Source: Candidatus Latescibacterota bacterium (GTDB lineage Bacteria > Latescibacterota > UBA2968). Taken from it: a stretch of 64,000 bases of DNA. Below, in pieces: positions 27,368 through 40,206 of this stretch. Under the pieces are notes generated by a model, which searched no databases, was not told the DNA's origin, and saw only the letters and a program-made list of their open reading frames with translations. The stretch lies in the NCBI GenBank assembly GCA_965242535.1, contig OZ251458.1, forward strand, positions 4,747,203 through 4,811,202, in the 5' to 3' direction. A program made the translations under genes and the position numbers. Every line of letters begins with the position of its first letter. Position 1 is the stretch's first letter.

Positions 27368-28444
27368 TTACTCCCGATTCGACCGCCTGCGTCTTCGCGC
27401 TTCGCGCCAGCGTTTGTACGCCTCTTCGTCAAAGGTGATGGCGGGCACTTCGCCTTGCCATGCGCGGGCGATAATGGGCATGATGCGCGGCGTTGCCAGT
27501 TGGAAATCCCGGCCGATGGGGCGCGGGTTTGGAAACCATTTCCACAGCAACGCGCCGACAATGCGCGGTTCGCTTTCGATGGCCTCGAGCGCGACGCGCC
27601 AGCACATTTCCTGCAAGGGCCTCGCGCCCTCGTCATCCACGCGATACGCCCACGGCTCTGACGCTGCGCGATGCGATTGGTTGTATCCCAACTCGGTCAA
27701 TACGATGTCGCGATCCATCGCTTTGCCATAAGCGCGCAATTCCTCGACCAGCCGATTCCATCCCGCGCGGAGGTCCGCCTCGGTGGGTTGTTCCCTTTGG
27801 GAAATCGGAAAATAGCCCTGAATGCCGATCGCGTCCAACGCATCCCAAAATGGCACGCGGTCGTAATCCGACCAATTCGCCGCGTACGTCACCGGCCCGC
27901 CATACACCTTCCGCACATCCGCAATCAGCGCGCGCCACTGCGCCTCGTGATGCAATGTCTTGTCCAATTCCGTGCCCACGACAAACGCATCGGCATCTTT
28001 GCACGCTTCGGCCACGGCCAAGATCCACGCCCGATAATCCGCCCAAAAGCGCGCCCATTCCTCCGCTGTGCGAAACGCGATCTCGCCGCGCCATTCAAAC
28101 CCCGACCGCCAGTATGCCAGATGCGGCTTGATGCAAATTTTCAAGCCCTGTGCATGGGCTTCCGCGATCGGGCGCGTCCAGTGCGCCGGCGGCGAATCTC
28201 CCGCCCCTTCAAATCGCCTCAACCCGACCGACCCATCCTGCGAAATCCCCGCGTAGGGATGCGTCGCCACCCAGTTCGCCCCCAAAATTTTAATATCCCG
28301 CAGCGTGGAAACCATCTCATCCCCCGCCCAATCGCGCCCGCCTCCGTGCGTTGAAATCGTAATCCCGCGCACGGGCACGGCATCGTCAAATGCATGGGCT
28401 TCGGACGCGATGAATAACAGCAATAGGAAAGAGTAGCGAGACAT
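27368..28444 (-). CDS. secreted TIM-barrel glycoside hydrolase (GH5/GH113-like; TELG nucleophile motif)
   Basis: ORF trimmed to ATG 28444 (MSRYSFLLLLFIASEAHA signal peptide). VVGTELD and TELGYNQS motifs resemble clan GH-A catalytic residues. The upstream ORF extension translates heptamer repeats. Confidence 0.5.
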   Translation of the reverse strand: MSRYSFLLLLFIASEAHAFDDAVPVRGITISTHGGGRDWAGDEMVSTLRDIKILGANWVATHPYAGISQDGSVGLRRFEGAGDSPPAHWTRPIAEAHAQGLKICIKPHLAYWRSGFEWRGEIAFRTAEEWARFWADYRAWILAVAEACKDADAFVVGTELDKTLHHEAQWRALIADVRKVYGGPVTYAANWSDYDRVPFWDALDAIGIQGYFPISQREQPTEADLRAGWNRLVEELRAYGKAMDRDIVLTELGYNQSHRAASEPWAYRVDDEGARPLQEMCWRVALEAIESEPRIVGALLWKWFPNPRPIGRDFQLATPRIMPIIARAWQGEVPAITFDEEAYKRWREARRRRRSNRE

Positions 28445-28453
28445 AGTGAACTC

Positions 28454-28543
28454 GGGGAGACGGGAGACGGGAGAGGGGAGACGGGAGAGGTGAAAGGCGA
28501 AAGGCGGGAGGCGAAAGGCGGAAGACGGGAGAGGGGAGAGGGA
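28454..28543. repeat. (GGGAGAC/GAAAGGC)n heptamer array plus degenerate REP palindrome at 28592-28613
   Basis: Directly upstream of the GH gene start. Confidence 0.75.
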
Positions 28544-28611
28544 CACCCGACAATCCAAAATCAGGGGTCCGTTCGCCCTGTCCCCATCAGTCGTAGGGAC
28601 AGGCCCTCGTG

Positions 28612-29022
28612 CCATTTGTACCAACTAAATACTCTGTAAATTAAATGATACCAAATTTTGAGACGCACAAATCAGTACCTGAGTTGCTCGCTTTTCTAAC
28701 AACTTTAGTCCTAAAGCATCATGGGTTGCCTTCGATGCCTTCGGCGACCTACTTTTTTTCAACAGCAAAAAAAAGTAGGCAAAAAATGCCGCTCTCATGC
28801 GCCGAGGGGCTTGCACAGCGCAAAGCGCTTTTGTAATAGAACGACATGCGCCAGCCTACCAAGGGCGTTGCCCAATGAACCTTGGGTTGCGAGACGGACT
28901 TGCGCGCTGTGCCTGATGGCTTTCATTGATGGACTTTTGCGAGGGCACGTTTGGCGAGGGCTTCTCTGAAGGACGGTGGAACAGCAAAGCGATCCCGATA
29001 ATGAATGAGTTGGTACAAATGG
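28612..29022 (+). mobile_element. MITE copy C (variant: inner TIR present on the left only; flanked by an outer perfect 15-bp inverted repeat CCATTTGTACCAACT)
   Basis: Left end ccatttgtaccaactaaatactctgtaaattaaatgataccaaattttgagacgcacaaatcag is homologous to the other copies up to about 28966. Right flank ...agttggtacaaatgg is the reverse complement of the left outer 15-mer. Confidence 0.6.
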
Positions 29023-29273
29023 GGCCCGTGCCTGTCCGTGCATCCCGCGGCGAATCAGGTGGTCAGTCCCTGGTCAACAACCCATCAGCGAGAGGGGAGA
29101 CGGGAGACGGAAGACGGACCCCCGACAACCCCAAAATCCGACGCGTCTCGTTGCTGAACCAGCAGGAGGATGGGGGCAACGGGTTGCCTCTCAAGCCCGT
29201 TCACCGGCCCGTTGTCCGAGTACAAAAAAGGCGCAGTTTGCACTGCGCCTCGGGCGTTTGATATGGCGATGGG

Positions 29274-30767
<1,494 letters not shown>

Positions 30768-30815
30768 ACGTGCTCCTTAAAATCAGTGGTCAGTCCGTGT
30801 CGGTTATTTCCCGCG

Positions 30816-31652
30816 CTATTGCCATAGCGTCAAATTTCCTTCGGTTTTCACATCAGGAGTTGCGCGGATCCGGTATTTGCCGGATTTGATTCGCTCCAAA
30901 GCGAACTCGTAGTAGTCCGGGACGATCTCAAAGCCGATGTAGTGCCTGCCTTCGGCCTTGCTGACAACGGCGACTTGGCCCGAGCCTAGGAACGGGTCCA
31001 TAACCACATCGCCTTCTTCGCTTGAATAGGCGAGTATCTTGCGGATGATCTCCGCGGGGAGCTTGGTCGGGGTTTTTTTATCGCCCTGCCAGTACTCGCG
31101 CTTGATTTCCCACACATCCTCTTTGTCTCGATAATGCGCGGAGCCTCCGGTTTCGGTTCGCGCATCCTTGCCAAATCGGGCGTAAGGGTAGAATTTTCTC
31201 TGCTTGTCATCCTTGCAGACATACAGGCAGTGGTAGTGCGAGGTGACGTATTTCCGCTTGGTGGCGACCCCGAATTGGTACTTCCATATAAGATGGTTGA
31301 CGATGGTGAGGTCGCAGAGTTCGAGCGAGGTCAGGATCTCTTTGAGGTGATTCCACCCCGAAAAGATGTACATGCTGCCCGAATTTTTTAGGATGCGCGT
31401 AGCCTGCGATAGCCAAGCGGTGGTGAAGGTCTGATAGTCCCGCCCCTGCACTTCGTTGTAACCATTGAGAACCCTATCGCCCGTTCTGTTGTAATTCGAG
31501 CGTTTGGCCGTGAACTCAATGGCAAACGGCGGGTCCGTTATCACCAAGTCCACGAATTGGGATGGCATATCAGACATCAAGCTTATGCAGTCGCCTCGCG
31601 CTATGGTGTCAATGTAGTCTGCGCTCGGCATGGGCTTACGCATGAAGTCCAA
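30816..31652 (-). CDS. site-specific DNA methyltransferase (beta-class amino-MTase, N6-adenine or N4-cytosine), embedded between gltB and gltD
   Basis: Motif IV DPPF (VDLVITDPPFA) N-terminal and motif I FLGSGQ (VVMDPFLGSGQVAV) C-terminal, giving beta-class order. Start is ambiguous (TTG 31652 with GGAG SD, or ATG 31643). GC visibly lower than the neighbours. Confidence 0.8.
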   Translation of the reverse strand: MDFMRKPMPSADYIDTIARGDCISLMSDMPSQFVDLVITDPPFAIEFTAKRSNYNRTGDRVLNGYNEVQGRDYQTFTTAWLSQATRILKNSGSMYIFSGWNHLKEILTSLELCDLTIVNHLIWKYQFGVATKRKYVTSHYHCLYVCKDDKQRKFYPYARFGKDARTETGGSAHYRDKEDVWEIKREYWQGDKKTPTKLPAEIIRKILAYSSEEGDVVMDPFLGSGQVAVVSKAEGRHYIGFEIVPDYYEFALERIKSGKYRIRATPDVKTEGNLTLWQ

Positions 31653-31669
31653 GTGATCTCCCTTCCCTT

Positions 31670-34600
31670 TTATGCCTCGACTTCCACGCCGCGGCGGAAG
31701 GCTTCGAGCCAGGCGTCTTCGCCTTCCAAGCCCGCGCGTTGTGCGGTTTCATAAGCCGAGAGGATGCGCTTGTAGGGCTTGGGGAAAACCTTGACGAATT
31801 GGGGCAATGCGTCCTTCCAGTGGGCGAGGACGCGCTGTGCCACGCGGCTTTGCGTGTAGTCGGCGTGCTGGGCGATCAGGCGTTTGAGGTCTTCGATATC
31901 GCCTTCGCTTTGCACGGGTTCGAGATCGACGAGTTCGGGATTGCAGCGCGTGTGGAAATCGCCCGCTTCGTCGAGCACATACGCAATGCCCCCGGACATG
32001 CCCGCGGCAAAATTGCGCCCGGTCTCGCCCAGAATGACCGCCATCCCGCCCGTCATATATTCGCACCCGTGGTCGCCTATGCCTTCGACAACGGCGCGCA
32101 CGCCCGAGTTGCGGACGCAGAAACGCTCGCCTGCCTGACCGCGGATAAACGCTTGCCCATTGGTCGCGCCGTAAAAAGAGACATTGCCGATGATGATGTT
32201 GTCTTCGGCCACAAAGGTCGATCCCCTGCGCGGATAGACGATCAACTTGCTGCCGCACAAGCCCTTGCCAAAATAGTCGTTGGCATCGCCTTCGAGGCGG
32301 AAGGTGATGCCCGGCGGCGTGAAAGCCGCAAAGGATTGCCCGGCCGATCCCTCAAAGGTGAGGTCGATGGTGTCTTCGGGCAAGCCATCCGGGCCGAACC
32401 GTCGCGTGATTTCGCTGCCGAGAATCGTGCCCACCACGCGGTCGGTATTTTTAATGCCGAATGCCGCGCGCACCGCGCTGCCATCTTTGAGGGCGGGTTT
32501 GCAAACGTCGAGCAACACTCGATTGTCTATCGCGTGTTCAAGGCCGTGATCCTGTTCGATTTGGCAATAGCGACCGATGTCGTCACGGGCGTCTATTTTT
32601 TCGAGCATCGGGGACAAGTCGAGGCTTTTTGCTTTCCAGTGGTCGGTTTTTGCTTGGCGGAGCAGGTCCGTGCGCCCGATGAGGTCATCGACCGTGCGGA
32701 TGCCGAGGCGCGCCATAATTTCGCGCATGTCCCGCGCGATGAAACGCAGGAAATTGACGACATAGTCGGGATCGCCCATAAACTTTTTGCGGAGTTCGGG
32801 ATGCTGCGTGGCAACGCCCACCGGGCACGTATCGAGGTGGCAAACGCGCATCATGATGCACCCCATCGCCACGAGTGCGGTGGTGGCAAAGCCAAATTCC
32901 TCGGCGCCGAGCAACGCGGCGATCACCACGTCGCGCCCGGTTTTGAGTTGCCCGTCGGTTTCGACCGCGATGCGCGATCTCAGGTTGTTGAGCACGAGCG
33001 TCTGATGGGTTTCGGCGACGCCGAGTTCCCACGGCAGGCCCGCGTGTTTGATGCTCGTTTGCGGCGACGCGCCCGTACCCCCGTCGAGGCCCGAGATGAG
33101 CACCACGTCGCCGTGCCCCTTGGACACGCCCGCCGCGACGATGCCCACGTTGATCTCGGCGACCAACTTGACGTTAATCCGAGCGTGGTGGTTGGCGTTT
33201 TTGAGGTCGTGGATGAGTTGGGCCAAATCTTCGATGGAATAAATGTCGTGATGTGGAGGCGGTGAAATGAGCTCGACGCCCGGCGTGGCGTGCCGGACGC
33301 GGGCGATCCACGGATACACCTTTTTGCCGGGCAATTCGCCGCCCTCGCCCGGCTTGGCGCCCTGCGCCATTTTGATCTGCAATTCGCGGGCGTGGACCAA
33401 ATAATTGCTCGTCACGCCAAACCGCCCGGAAGCCACTTGCTTGATCGCGCTGTTTTTGGAATCGCCATTGGGTTCGAGGACATAGCGCGCCGGGTCTTCG
33501 CCGCCCTCGCCGGTATTGCTCTTGCCCCCGAGGCGATTCATCGCGATGGCGAGGGCTTCGTGCGCTTCTTTGGAGATGGACCCGTAGGACATGGCCCCGG
33601 ACTTAAAGCGTTTGGTGATTTCTTCGATGGGTTCGACTTCGTCGATGGGAATGGGGGCACCTGCGTCGTTGAAGTCCAAGAGGCCGCGCAAGGTCGCCAA
33701 ATTTTTGTCCTGTTCGTCGATCAGGGCCGCGTATTCTCGGTACACATCGTAATCATTGGTGCGCGTGGCGTGCTGGAGTTTGTGAATCGTGAGGGGGTTA
33801 AAGAGGTGGTATTCCCCCCCTTGCCGCCACTGAAAGTGCCCGCCCACCTCGAGGGTACTGCCGTTGACCGGTATTGCGGGATAGGCGGCGCGATGTCGCA
33901 TGAGGGCTTCGCGTGCGATGATGTCGATGCCGATGCCGTCTATGCGGGAGTCCGTCCACGTAAAGTATTTGTCGATGACCCGTTTTGAAATCCCCACCGC
34001 TTCAAAAATTTGCGCCCCCCGATAGGATTTGATGGTGGAAATGCCCATTTTAGCCATCACCTTGACCACGCCTTTGGTCGCGGATTTGACATATCCTTTG
34101 ACCGCATCGGCGTAGGAAATATCGGTCAAGTGCCTTTCGGCGATCATATCCGCCAAGCTCTCATACGCCATATAGGGGTTGATGGCCTGCGCGCCGTAGC
34201 CGATGAGCAAGCAGAAGTGATGCACTTCGCGGGGTTCGCCCGTTTCGAGGGCCAGGCCCACTTGGGTGCGCTTGCCCTCTCGGATGAGGTGATGGTGGAG
34301 GCCGCTCATCGCCAGCAACGCGGGAATGGCCGCGCGATTTTGATCCACGCCGCGATCCGAGAGAATGAGAATCGTATAACCGGCGTCGATGGCGTCGTCT
34401 GCTTTTGCACACAACTGATCCATCGCCTTTTCGAGGTCCGCATCGGCCACGTCAAAGAGCATGGGAATGGTGGTGGCTTTGAGGCCCGGGCGATTGACGC
34501 GGCGCAACTGCGCGAGTTCTTCATCGGTCAAGATGGGCGTGTCGAGGCGGATTTGCCGGCAACTTTCCGGTTCGGGAACGAGCAGGTTGCGCTCCGGCCC

Positions 34601-36232
34601 AATGGTGGCTTCGGCCGAGGTGATCACCTCTTCTTTGAGGGGATCGAGCGGCGGGTTGGTCACTTGGGCAAAGAGTTGTTTGAAGTAGTTGTAGAGTAGA
34701 TGGGCCTTGTTGGACAGCACGGCCAAGGGCGCGTCATTGCCCATGGAGCCGACCGGATCGCGCCCGATTTTGGACATGGGGCCGACGAAAATTTTGAGGT
34801 CTTCAAACGTGTATCCAAACGCCTGTTGCCGCGTGAGCACCTCGGCGTGGCAGGTGGGCGGGGCGATGGGCGCGACGGCGGGCAGGGCTTTAAGCGAAAT
34901 GAGATGCTGGTCGAGCCACTGCCGGTAGGGATGCTCGAAAACCATCTCATCTTTGACTTCGTCGTCGGAGATGACGCGGCCCTGCGTCGTATCCACGAGG
35001 AGAATGCGCCCGGGTTGCAACCTGCCCTTGTACGCGACGCGCTCGGGCGCCAATTCGCAAACCCCTGCCTCGGAACTGAGGATGAGCAAGTCGTCTTTGG
35101 TGACGTAATAGCGCGAGGGGCGCAACCCATTGCGGTCGAGACACGCGCCCACGATCTCGCCGTCGGTAAAGCCAATGGAGGCAGGGCCGTCCCACGGCTC
35201 CATCAGGCAGGAATGGTACTCGTAAAAAGCGCGCCTTTCGCGGCTCATGCTCTCGTGCTTTTCCCAGGGCTCGGGAATCATCATCGCGGCGGCGTGCGCC
35301 ATCGACCGGCCGGACAGGGACAGAAATTCAAAGCAGTTGTCGAAAATCGCGGAATCCGATCCGTCTTCGTACAAAATGGGGAGTATCTTTTTTATATCGT
35401 CTCCCCAAAGCTCGGATGCGAGCATCGCTTGCCGGGTTTTCATCCAGTTTTGATTGCCGCGCAAGGTGTTGATTTCGCCGTTGTGAATGAGGTAGCGATA
35501 GGGGTGCGACCGCTCCCAGGAGGGAAAGGTGTTGGTGGAAAACCGGGAATGCACGAGCACAATCGCGGCTTCCATGCGGGGATCGCGCAGGTCCGGATAA
35601 AATTCGGCCACTTGCATGGGCGTGAGCATGCCCTTGTACACAATGGTGCGAGACGACAAGCTGGGGATGTAGAAATTTTCGTCGTGCCCGGCGTAGCGGA
35701 TGGCATTGGTCGCGCGCTTGCGAATCGCGTACAACTTGCGCTCAAAGGCCATCGAGTCGGGCAGGTCCGCGCTGCGCCCGACGAAAATTTGCCAGACCAC
35801 CGGTTCGCAGGACAGCGCCGTAAGGCCCAAAGAGGCGTCGTCCGTGGGCACCTCGCGCCAGCCCAAAACCTCCTGCCCCTCTCCTCGGACGATGTCCTCG
35901 ATCATTTGCCGGGTTTTTTGGCGAATGGATCGATCCGCGCAATCGGTCATAAAAATCATGCCCACGCCGTAATGCCCAGGCGCGGGCAGGTCGATGCCCT
36001 TGCAGGCGCGTTCGAAGAACCGATGCGGCAGTTGCATCAACACGCCCGCGCCGTCGCCCGTGTTGGATTCGGCGCCGCGCGCGCCGCGATGGTCGAGGCA
36101 GACCAAGGACTCGAGGGCCATTTGGACGATCTGATTGGATTTTTCGCCCTTGATATTTACGACAAAGCCAATGCCACAGGCGTCGCGTTCGTATTTGGGA
36201 TCGTAGAGACCGTGCTTGCGGGGATATGCCAT
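31670..36232 (-). CDS. gltB: glutamate synthase large subunit (ferredoxin/NADPH-type)
   Basis: N-terminal amidotransferase Cys ([10 protein letters not shown]), FMN and GXGXG domains recognisable along 1500 aa. Trimmed to ATG 36232 ([12 protein letters not shown]); the ORF-track start is a TTG. Confidence 0.9.
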   Translation of the reverse strand: MAYPRKHGLYDPKYERDACGIGFVVNIKGEKSNQIVQMALESLVCLDHRGARGAESNTGDGAGVLMQLPHRFFERACKGIDLPAPGHYGVGMIFMTDCADRSIRQKTRQMIEDIVRGEGQEVLGWREVPTDDASLGLTALSCEPVVWQIFVGRSADLPDSMAFERKLYAIRKRATNAIRYAGHDENFYIPSLSSRTIVYKGMLTPMQVAEFYPDLRDPRMEAAIVLVHSRFSTNTFPSWERSHPYRYLIHNGEINTLRGNQNWMKTRQAMLASELWGDDIKKILPILYEDGSDSAIFDNCFEFLSLSGRSMAHAAAMMIPEPWEKHESMSRERRAFYEYHSCLMEPWDGPASIGFTDGEIVGACLDRNGLRPSRYYVTKDDLLILSSEAGVCELAPERVAYKGRLQPGRILLVDTTQGRVISDDEVKDEMVFEHPYRQWLDQHLISLKALPAVAPIAPPTCHAEVLTRQQAFGYTFEDLKIFVGPMSKIGRDPVGSMGNDAPLAVLSNKAHLLYNYFKQLFAQVTNPPLDPLKEEVITSAEATIGPERNLLVPEPESCRQIRLDTPILTDEELAQLRRVNRPGLKATTIPMLFDVADADLEKAMDQLCAKADDAIDAGYTILILSDRGVDQNRAAIPALLAMSGLHHHLIREGKRTQVGLALETGEPREVHHFCLLIGYGAQAINPYMAYESLADMIAERHLTDISYADAVKGYVKSATKGVVKVMAKMGISTIKSYRGAQIFEAVGISKRVIDKYFTWTDSRIDGIGIDIIAREALMRHRAAYPAIPVNGSTLEVGGHFQWRQGGEYHLFNPLTIHKLQHATRTNDYDVYREYAALIDEQDKNLATLRGLLDFNDAGAPIPIDEVEPIEEITKRFKSGAMSYGSISKEAHEALAIAMNRLGGKSNTGEGGEDPARYVLEPNGDSKNSAIKQVASGRFGVTSNYLVHARELQIKMAQGAKPGEGGELPGKKVYPWIARVRHATPGVELISPPPHHDIYSIEDLAQLIHDLKNANHHARINVKLVAEINVGIVAAGVSKGHGDVVLISGLDGGTGASPQTSIKHAGLPWELGVAETHQTLVLNNLRSRIAVETDGQLKTGRDVVIAALLGAEEFGFATTALVAMGCIMMRVCHLDTCPVGVATQHPELRKKFMGDPDYVVNFLRFIARDMREIMARLGIRTVDDLIGRTDLLRQAKTDHWKAKSLDLSPMLEKIDARDDIGRYCQIEQDHGLEHAIDNRVLLDVCKPALKDGSAVRAAFGIKNTDRVVGTILGSEITRRFGPDGLPEDTIDLTFEGSAGQSFAAFTPPGITFRLEGDANDYFGKGLCGSKLIVYPRRGSTFVAEDNIIIGNVSFYGATNGQAFIRGQAGERFCVRNSGVRAVVEGIGDHGCEYMTGGMAVILGETGRNFAAGMSGGIAYVLDEAGDFHTRCNPELVDLEPVQSEGDIEDLKRLIAQHADYTQSRVAQRVLAHWKDALPQFVKVFPKPYKRILSAYETAQRAGLEGEDAWLEAFRRGVEVEA

Positions 36233-36319
36233 AACTCTTTTCCTCAATCACATGGCGCGAAAATGCCAGAACCGCGATCCGGCCCTGGCATTTGAAAACC
36301 GGTTGTTTCAATTCAGACG

Positions 36320-36583
36320 CTACTCAAAAGCGACGGCATTGATTTCGATGTACTCCGTCCATTCTTCGGGCGTGTCTTCTTCGGCGAAAATCGCCTCGAC
36401 CGGGCATTCCGGCTCGCAGGCGCCGCAGTCGATGCACTCTTCGGGATGAATGTAGAGCATGTTGAGGCGTTCGTCTTCCGGCAAATTGGTCGCATCGGGT
36501 TCGTAGATGCAATCTACCGGACAGACTTCCACACAGGCCTTGTCCATGACATCGATGCATGGCTCGGCGATGATATAGGCCAT
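36320..36583 (-). CDS. 7Fe ferredoxin (FdxA-type, [3Fe-4S][4Fe-4S])
   Basis: [27 protein letters not shown]...[17 protein letters not shown] has two Cys clusters in the Azotobacter-type arrangement. Confidence 0.8.
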   Translation of the reverse strand: MAYIIAEPCIDVMDKACVEVCPVDCIYEPDATNLPEDERLNMLYIHPEECIDCGACEPECPVEAIFAEEDTPEEWTEYIEINAVAFE

Positions 36584-36711
36584 TTTCTTCCCCTTTCCTT
36601 GCAGTTGTTCCGAATCTCATCCGGCGTTCATTTCGCCAAATATACCCGTTTGGTCGATTTTGTCAAGGTTTGTGAGTTGAAGTTGTGTTTGCAGGCGTGC
36701 AGGAGGAGTTT

Positions 36712-37281
36712 TTACGGTTGGGACAGATTGTCGAGGAGCGTTTCGATGGGCCAATCGCCCTCGGCGCGCATGTCCAAGGTGAACCGCTGCTTGGCATCTG
36801 TCCGCCGCGCAACAGCCACTTCCGCACCGTTGTAAAGCCGATGCAACAGCGCGTTGAGATCGTCTCGAATGGCCTCGTGCGTGGTTTCGGTATTGGGCGC
36901 GTTGAGGCGGTCGTTGAGGACGATCCGAAGTTCATCGCCGCGAAAAACCACGTCTCCTTCGGCCTCGAGGCGGCGGCACGTTTCACATGTTGCGCGCACC
37001 GCAGCGCCCAACTGCTGTGCAAAACCATCGCCGCCGGGTCGCTTGCGGTTGTAGAGCAGGCCGCGCTTTGCGTCCGTGTCGTCGATGCTGATGTCGTATT
37101 CGTGACCGATGAGCAAGGTGACCGGGCCCTCGGGCACATGGCTGTAATCGGCCACGTCGAGCAACACGTCTGACCCATCGTGCGCGGAAATCCAGGCGTT
37201 GAAAATTTTGAACCAAATCTCAGGCGCGATCTCTCGCCCCCGATCGAGATACAATTTGACGCTGATCTTATGAGTCGGCAT
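36712..37281 (-). CDS. hypothetical protein
   Basis: 190 aa from ATG 37281. No recognisable family. Lies between the nitrite/sulfite reductase and ferredoxin genes. Confidence 0.4.
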   Translation of the reverse strand: MPTHKISVKLYLDRGREIAPEIWFKIFNAWISAHDGSDVLLDVADYSHVPEGPVTLLIGHEYDISIDDTDAKRGLLYNRKRPGGDGFAQQLGAAVRATCETCRRLEAEGDVVFRGDELRIVLNDRLNAPNTETTHEAIRDDLNALLHRLYNGAEVAVARRTDAKQRFTLDMRAEGDWPIETLLDNLSQP

Positions 37282-37301
37282 GCGTCCCCCTTCTCCCTTC
37301 T

Positions 37302-37410
37302 CGTATCTTCGGACAGGCACGGGGGCCTGTCCCTACGATTGCGATTGCTTCTCCCGTCTCCCGTCTTCCTTTTTGTATCTTCGGACAGGCACGGGGGCCT
37401 GTCCCTACGA
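37302..37410. repeat. two REP-like palindromes (reverse orientation) with heptamer-repeat remnants
   Basis: cttgtatcttcggacaggcacgggggcctgtccctacg at 37302-37338 and 37372-37410. Confidence 0.75.
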
Positions 37411-37419
37411 TGAACGGCT

Positions 37420-37530
37420 GTCGCCAGTTGTACCCCGCTCGTGCCTTTGAACTGGCGGTGCCAGTTGTACCTCGCTTGTGCCTTTGAACTGGCGGTGCCA
37501 GTTGTACCTCGCTTGTGCCTTTTGTGCCTT
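37420..37530. repeat. short tandem direct repeats (about 37-bp unit x2.5, then (CCTTTTGTG)x3) containing the motif CCAGTTGTACC / TTTGAACTGG
   Basis: tgcctttgaactggcggtgccagttgtacctcgcttg is repeated. Related motifs occur at about 54590-54625, about 59537-59560 and inside the MITE copies. Confidence 0.6.
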
Positions 37531-37575
37531 TTGTGCCTTTTGTGGCTAAACTCCCGTCTCCCCTCTCCCCGCCTT

Positions 37576-39804
37576 TCAAACCACATTCATCTGACCGTAG
37601 CAGGCGTAGGCTTCTTCGATGAAGAGTTGGGCTTCTTCGATGACCTGATGGGCCGTGTCGCGGGTGTATGCGGGGATGGCCTCTTCGTGGACGCGGAAGA
37701 GATAATTGGCGAATTTCGCGCCGGCAAATTTGTTGTAGAACAACTCGGTGTCGCAAAAGCGCGTGCGAAATTCTTCGACGATGGCATCGGCATCTTCGGG
37801 CACGTCGAGGAACTGCGTTTTGACCAGGGCCTTGGCCGCGTGCAACATCGCGCCAAACGCGGTCTGGTACGCGGCCTCGTAATCGCCCTCGTCCAAGTGA
37901 ATCTGCGCTTCAAAAGATTCGGTTTCGCAGCCGGAAAGCTCGAATTGCACCAGCGAGACCACCTCGCCCGCGCATTCGCCTTTGCCCATATCGCCGAGGG
38001 TAAATTCGCGGATGTCGCCCCAGTCCGTATAGAACGAGGGATCGATTTCGTGTGCGGGCACTTGCGTGAGGCCCTGGAGCAACTCCTTGACCTCTTTTTT
38101 TCCGATGCGCTGAATGTAGGCTTGGAAACTCTCATCCTTTGCACGGTTTGCGACGTAATCCCCGGTGATGCGCTCGATCACGGCCGGGATATTTTTGGAT
38201 GGCACCGCGCCCATGGCCAAGCCGTAGGAGGCCGCGTTTTCCGTCCATTGCCCGCCGAGCACGACTTGGAAGTGCGGCACGGTGTACCCGTTGAACTTGC
38301 GGCTGTTGCCGTAAAAACCCAGATCCGCGACGTGGTGCTGCCCACAGGAATTGAAACACCCGCTGATTTTGATGCGGAAGTTTTTGATGGCGTCGGCGAG
38401 TTGGAGATTTTTTTCCGCCAGTTGCGTCCGCAATTCCGCAGCCAAGCCGCGCGACGAGGAAATGCCCAATTTGCAGGTGTCGGTGCCCGGGCAAGCGGTG
38501 ACGTCGACGATGGTGCCCGCGCCCGCTTCGGCCAACCCCAGCGCTCGCAAGTCGCGGTAGAGCGAAATCACATCGGATTCGCTGACCCAGCGCAAAATGA
38601 CGTTTTGCTCGACGGTGGTGCGAATGGTGTCTTTGACGTATTTGCGCGCGACATCGGCTAAGTTTCGCGTCTGCTCGGAGGTGAGATCGCCCAAGGGCAG
38701 GCATATCGTCGCCGCGACGTAGCCCGGTTGCCGTTGGTTGTAAATATTGGTTTCCGCCCAGGCGTCGAATCCTTCGGGACGCGCGACGCCGTTGAGGGGC
38801 GCGGCGATTTTGAGGGGTTCTTCGCGATAGGCGCCCAAGTCGTCGAGATAGGCGGTCCACGCGGGGTCTTCGGGCATGATTTTGCGTTCTTCTTCGACGA
38901 GCCGAATAAATTCTTCGATGCCGAGTTTGGCGACGAGGAATTTGATGCGCGCCCGCGCCCGGTTTTGTTTTTCGCCCAACCGCGCAAAAACCCGGCAGAT
39001 GGCCTGCGCCGTGGGCAAGAGTTCTTCCGGGGGCAGAAATTCCGCGTAGAGCTTGGCCTGATGGGGCACGGCGCCCAAGCCGCCGCCGACATACGTTTCA
39101 AACCCGCGCTCGCCGTCTTTGATGCGTGCGATCATGCCCATGTCGTGCATGCTGGTCAACCCGCAGGCTTCGTGCGCGCATCCCGAAAAGGCGATTTTGA
39201 ATTTGCGCCCGAAATCCTGACAATCGGGATGCCCGAGGAGGAATTGGGCGAGGGCGTGGGAATACGGGGTGACGTCAAATGTTTCGGTTTGGCACACGCC
39301 CGAAATCGGACAAGCCGTGACATTGCGGATGGAGTTGCCACAGGCTTCGCGGGTGGTGATGCCCACAGCCGCGAGGCGGCGCATGAGGTCGGGCGTGTCT
39401 TCGATGTGTACGTAGTGGAGTTGAATGTCTTGCCGCGTGGTGATGTGCAAAATGCCATCGGAATACTCTTCGGCCACATCGGCCAACGCATCCATTTGAT
39501 CGGCGGTCAGCCCGCCGAACGGAATTTTGATGCGCTGCATCCCCGGCGCGTCCCAAACCGTATCGGGCCCTTTGAGGAGGTCCGCGCTGGGATAGCGCAA
39601 CATTTTGGTCGTCTGCCCGTCAAAGCGTTGCCCATTGTCGTAACGCTGGCCGTACACGCCGCGCCGAAGCCGGGTTTCGGCAAAGACGCGATCATCGATC
39701 TTTCCCTGCTTCTTCTGCTCGATCTGCGCTTCAAACGTGTCGATTTCCGCCCCCAAGTCTTCCGGGATCAGATCGCGCAACACTTCTTTCCAACTCGCGC
39801 TCAT
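37576..39804 (-). CDS. ferredoxin-dependent nitrite/sulfite reductase (siroheme/4Fe-4S), with an about 150-aa C-terminal extension
   Basis: Two NiR/SiR repeats with Cys motifs (TACPGTDTCKLG, GCFNSCGQHHV). 742 aa versus about 520-640 for typical NirA/Sir. The C-terminal about 150 aa (GDMGKGECAGEVVSL...FLDVPEDADAIVEEF...) is extra. Confidence 0.75.
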   Translation of the reverse strand: MSASWKEVLRDLIPEDLGAEIDTFEAQIEQKKQGKIDDRVFAETRLRRGVYGQRYDNGQRFDGQTTKMLRYPSADLLKGPDTVWDAPGMQRIKIPFGGLTADQMDALADVAEEYSDGILHITTRQDIQLHYVHIEDTPDLMRRLAAVGITTREACGNSIRNVTACPISGVCQTETFDVTPYSHALAQFLLGHPDCQDFGRKFKIAFSGCAHEACGLTSMHDMGMIARIKDGERGFETYVGGGLGAVPHQAKLYAEFLPPEELLPTAQAICRVFARLGEKQNRARARIKFLVAKLGIEEFIRLVEEERKIMPEDPAWTAYLDDLGAYREEPLKIAAPLNGVARPEGFDAWAETNIYNQRQPGYVAATICLPLGDLTSEQTRNLADVARKYVKDTIRTTVEQNVILRWVSESDVISLYRDLRALGLAEAGAGTIVDVTACPGTDTCKLGISSSRGLAAELRTQLAEKNLQLADAIKNFRIKISGCFNSCGQHHVADLGFYGNSRKFNGYTVPHFQVVLGGQWTENAASYGLAMGAVPSKNIPAVIERITGDYVANRAKDESFQAYIQRIGKKEVKELLQGLTQVPAHEIDPSFYTDWGDIREFTLGDMGKGECAGEVVSLVQFELSGCETESFEAQIHLDEGDYEAAYQTAFGAMLHAAKALVKTQFLDVPEDADAIVEEFRTRFCDTELFYNKFAGAKFANYLFRVHEEAIPAYTRDTAHQVIEEAQLFIEEAYACYGQMNVV

Positions 39805-40206
39805 AGTGTACCACCTGTGTCGAGAGGGTGTGGATTAAAAAGATGAAAAACGATTGTGAAACTTAGGGCATTACGGGGATTTGTCAAGGCAAAATAGCGC
39901 GGCGAGACGCGAGGAGTAAAGCGTAAAAATACGGGATGTGCAGGATCGACCCGCGTCAGGCGCGTTTGAGGTCGATCAGAACATAGCAGCGCAGCAACCG
40001 GTTGTAGAGAACGAGATCCACGCATGAAGCAAGCGAAAATGCCGTTGACTTTTTTTCGTCAGGGGATTATTTGTCGAGCGGTCGGGTACATCTATAAAAA
40101 AATGCAGACGCAAACCGATGTCGCAAAACTCCGCCATCGGGTACTGCTCATCGAAACGGAAAACGAGGGGCGACCCATCCGATTAGGTACACCTTACGAG
40201 GTGCAA

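Noticed and set aside
36233-36247. TTG-called starts from the ORF track (gltB 36247, glpD-like 53265, MTase 62754, nuclease 63450, first M16 108).
   Set aside because: The ORF track translates alternative start codons as M. Nearby in-frame ATGs with SDs and conserved N-termini were preferred, while the MTase at 31652 was left ambiguous.
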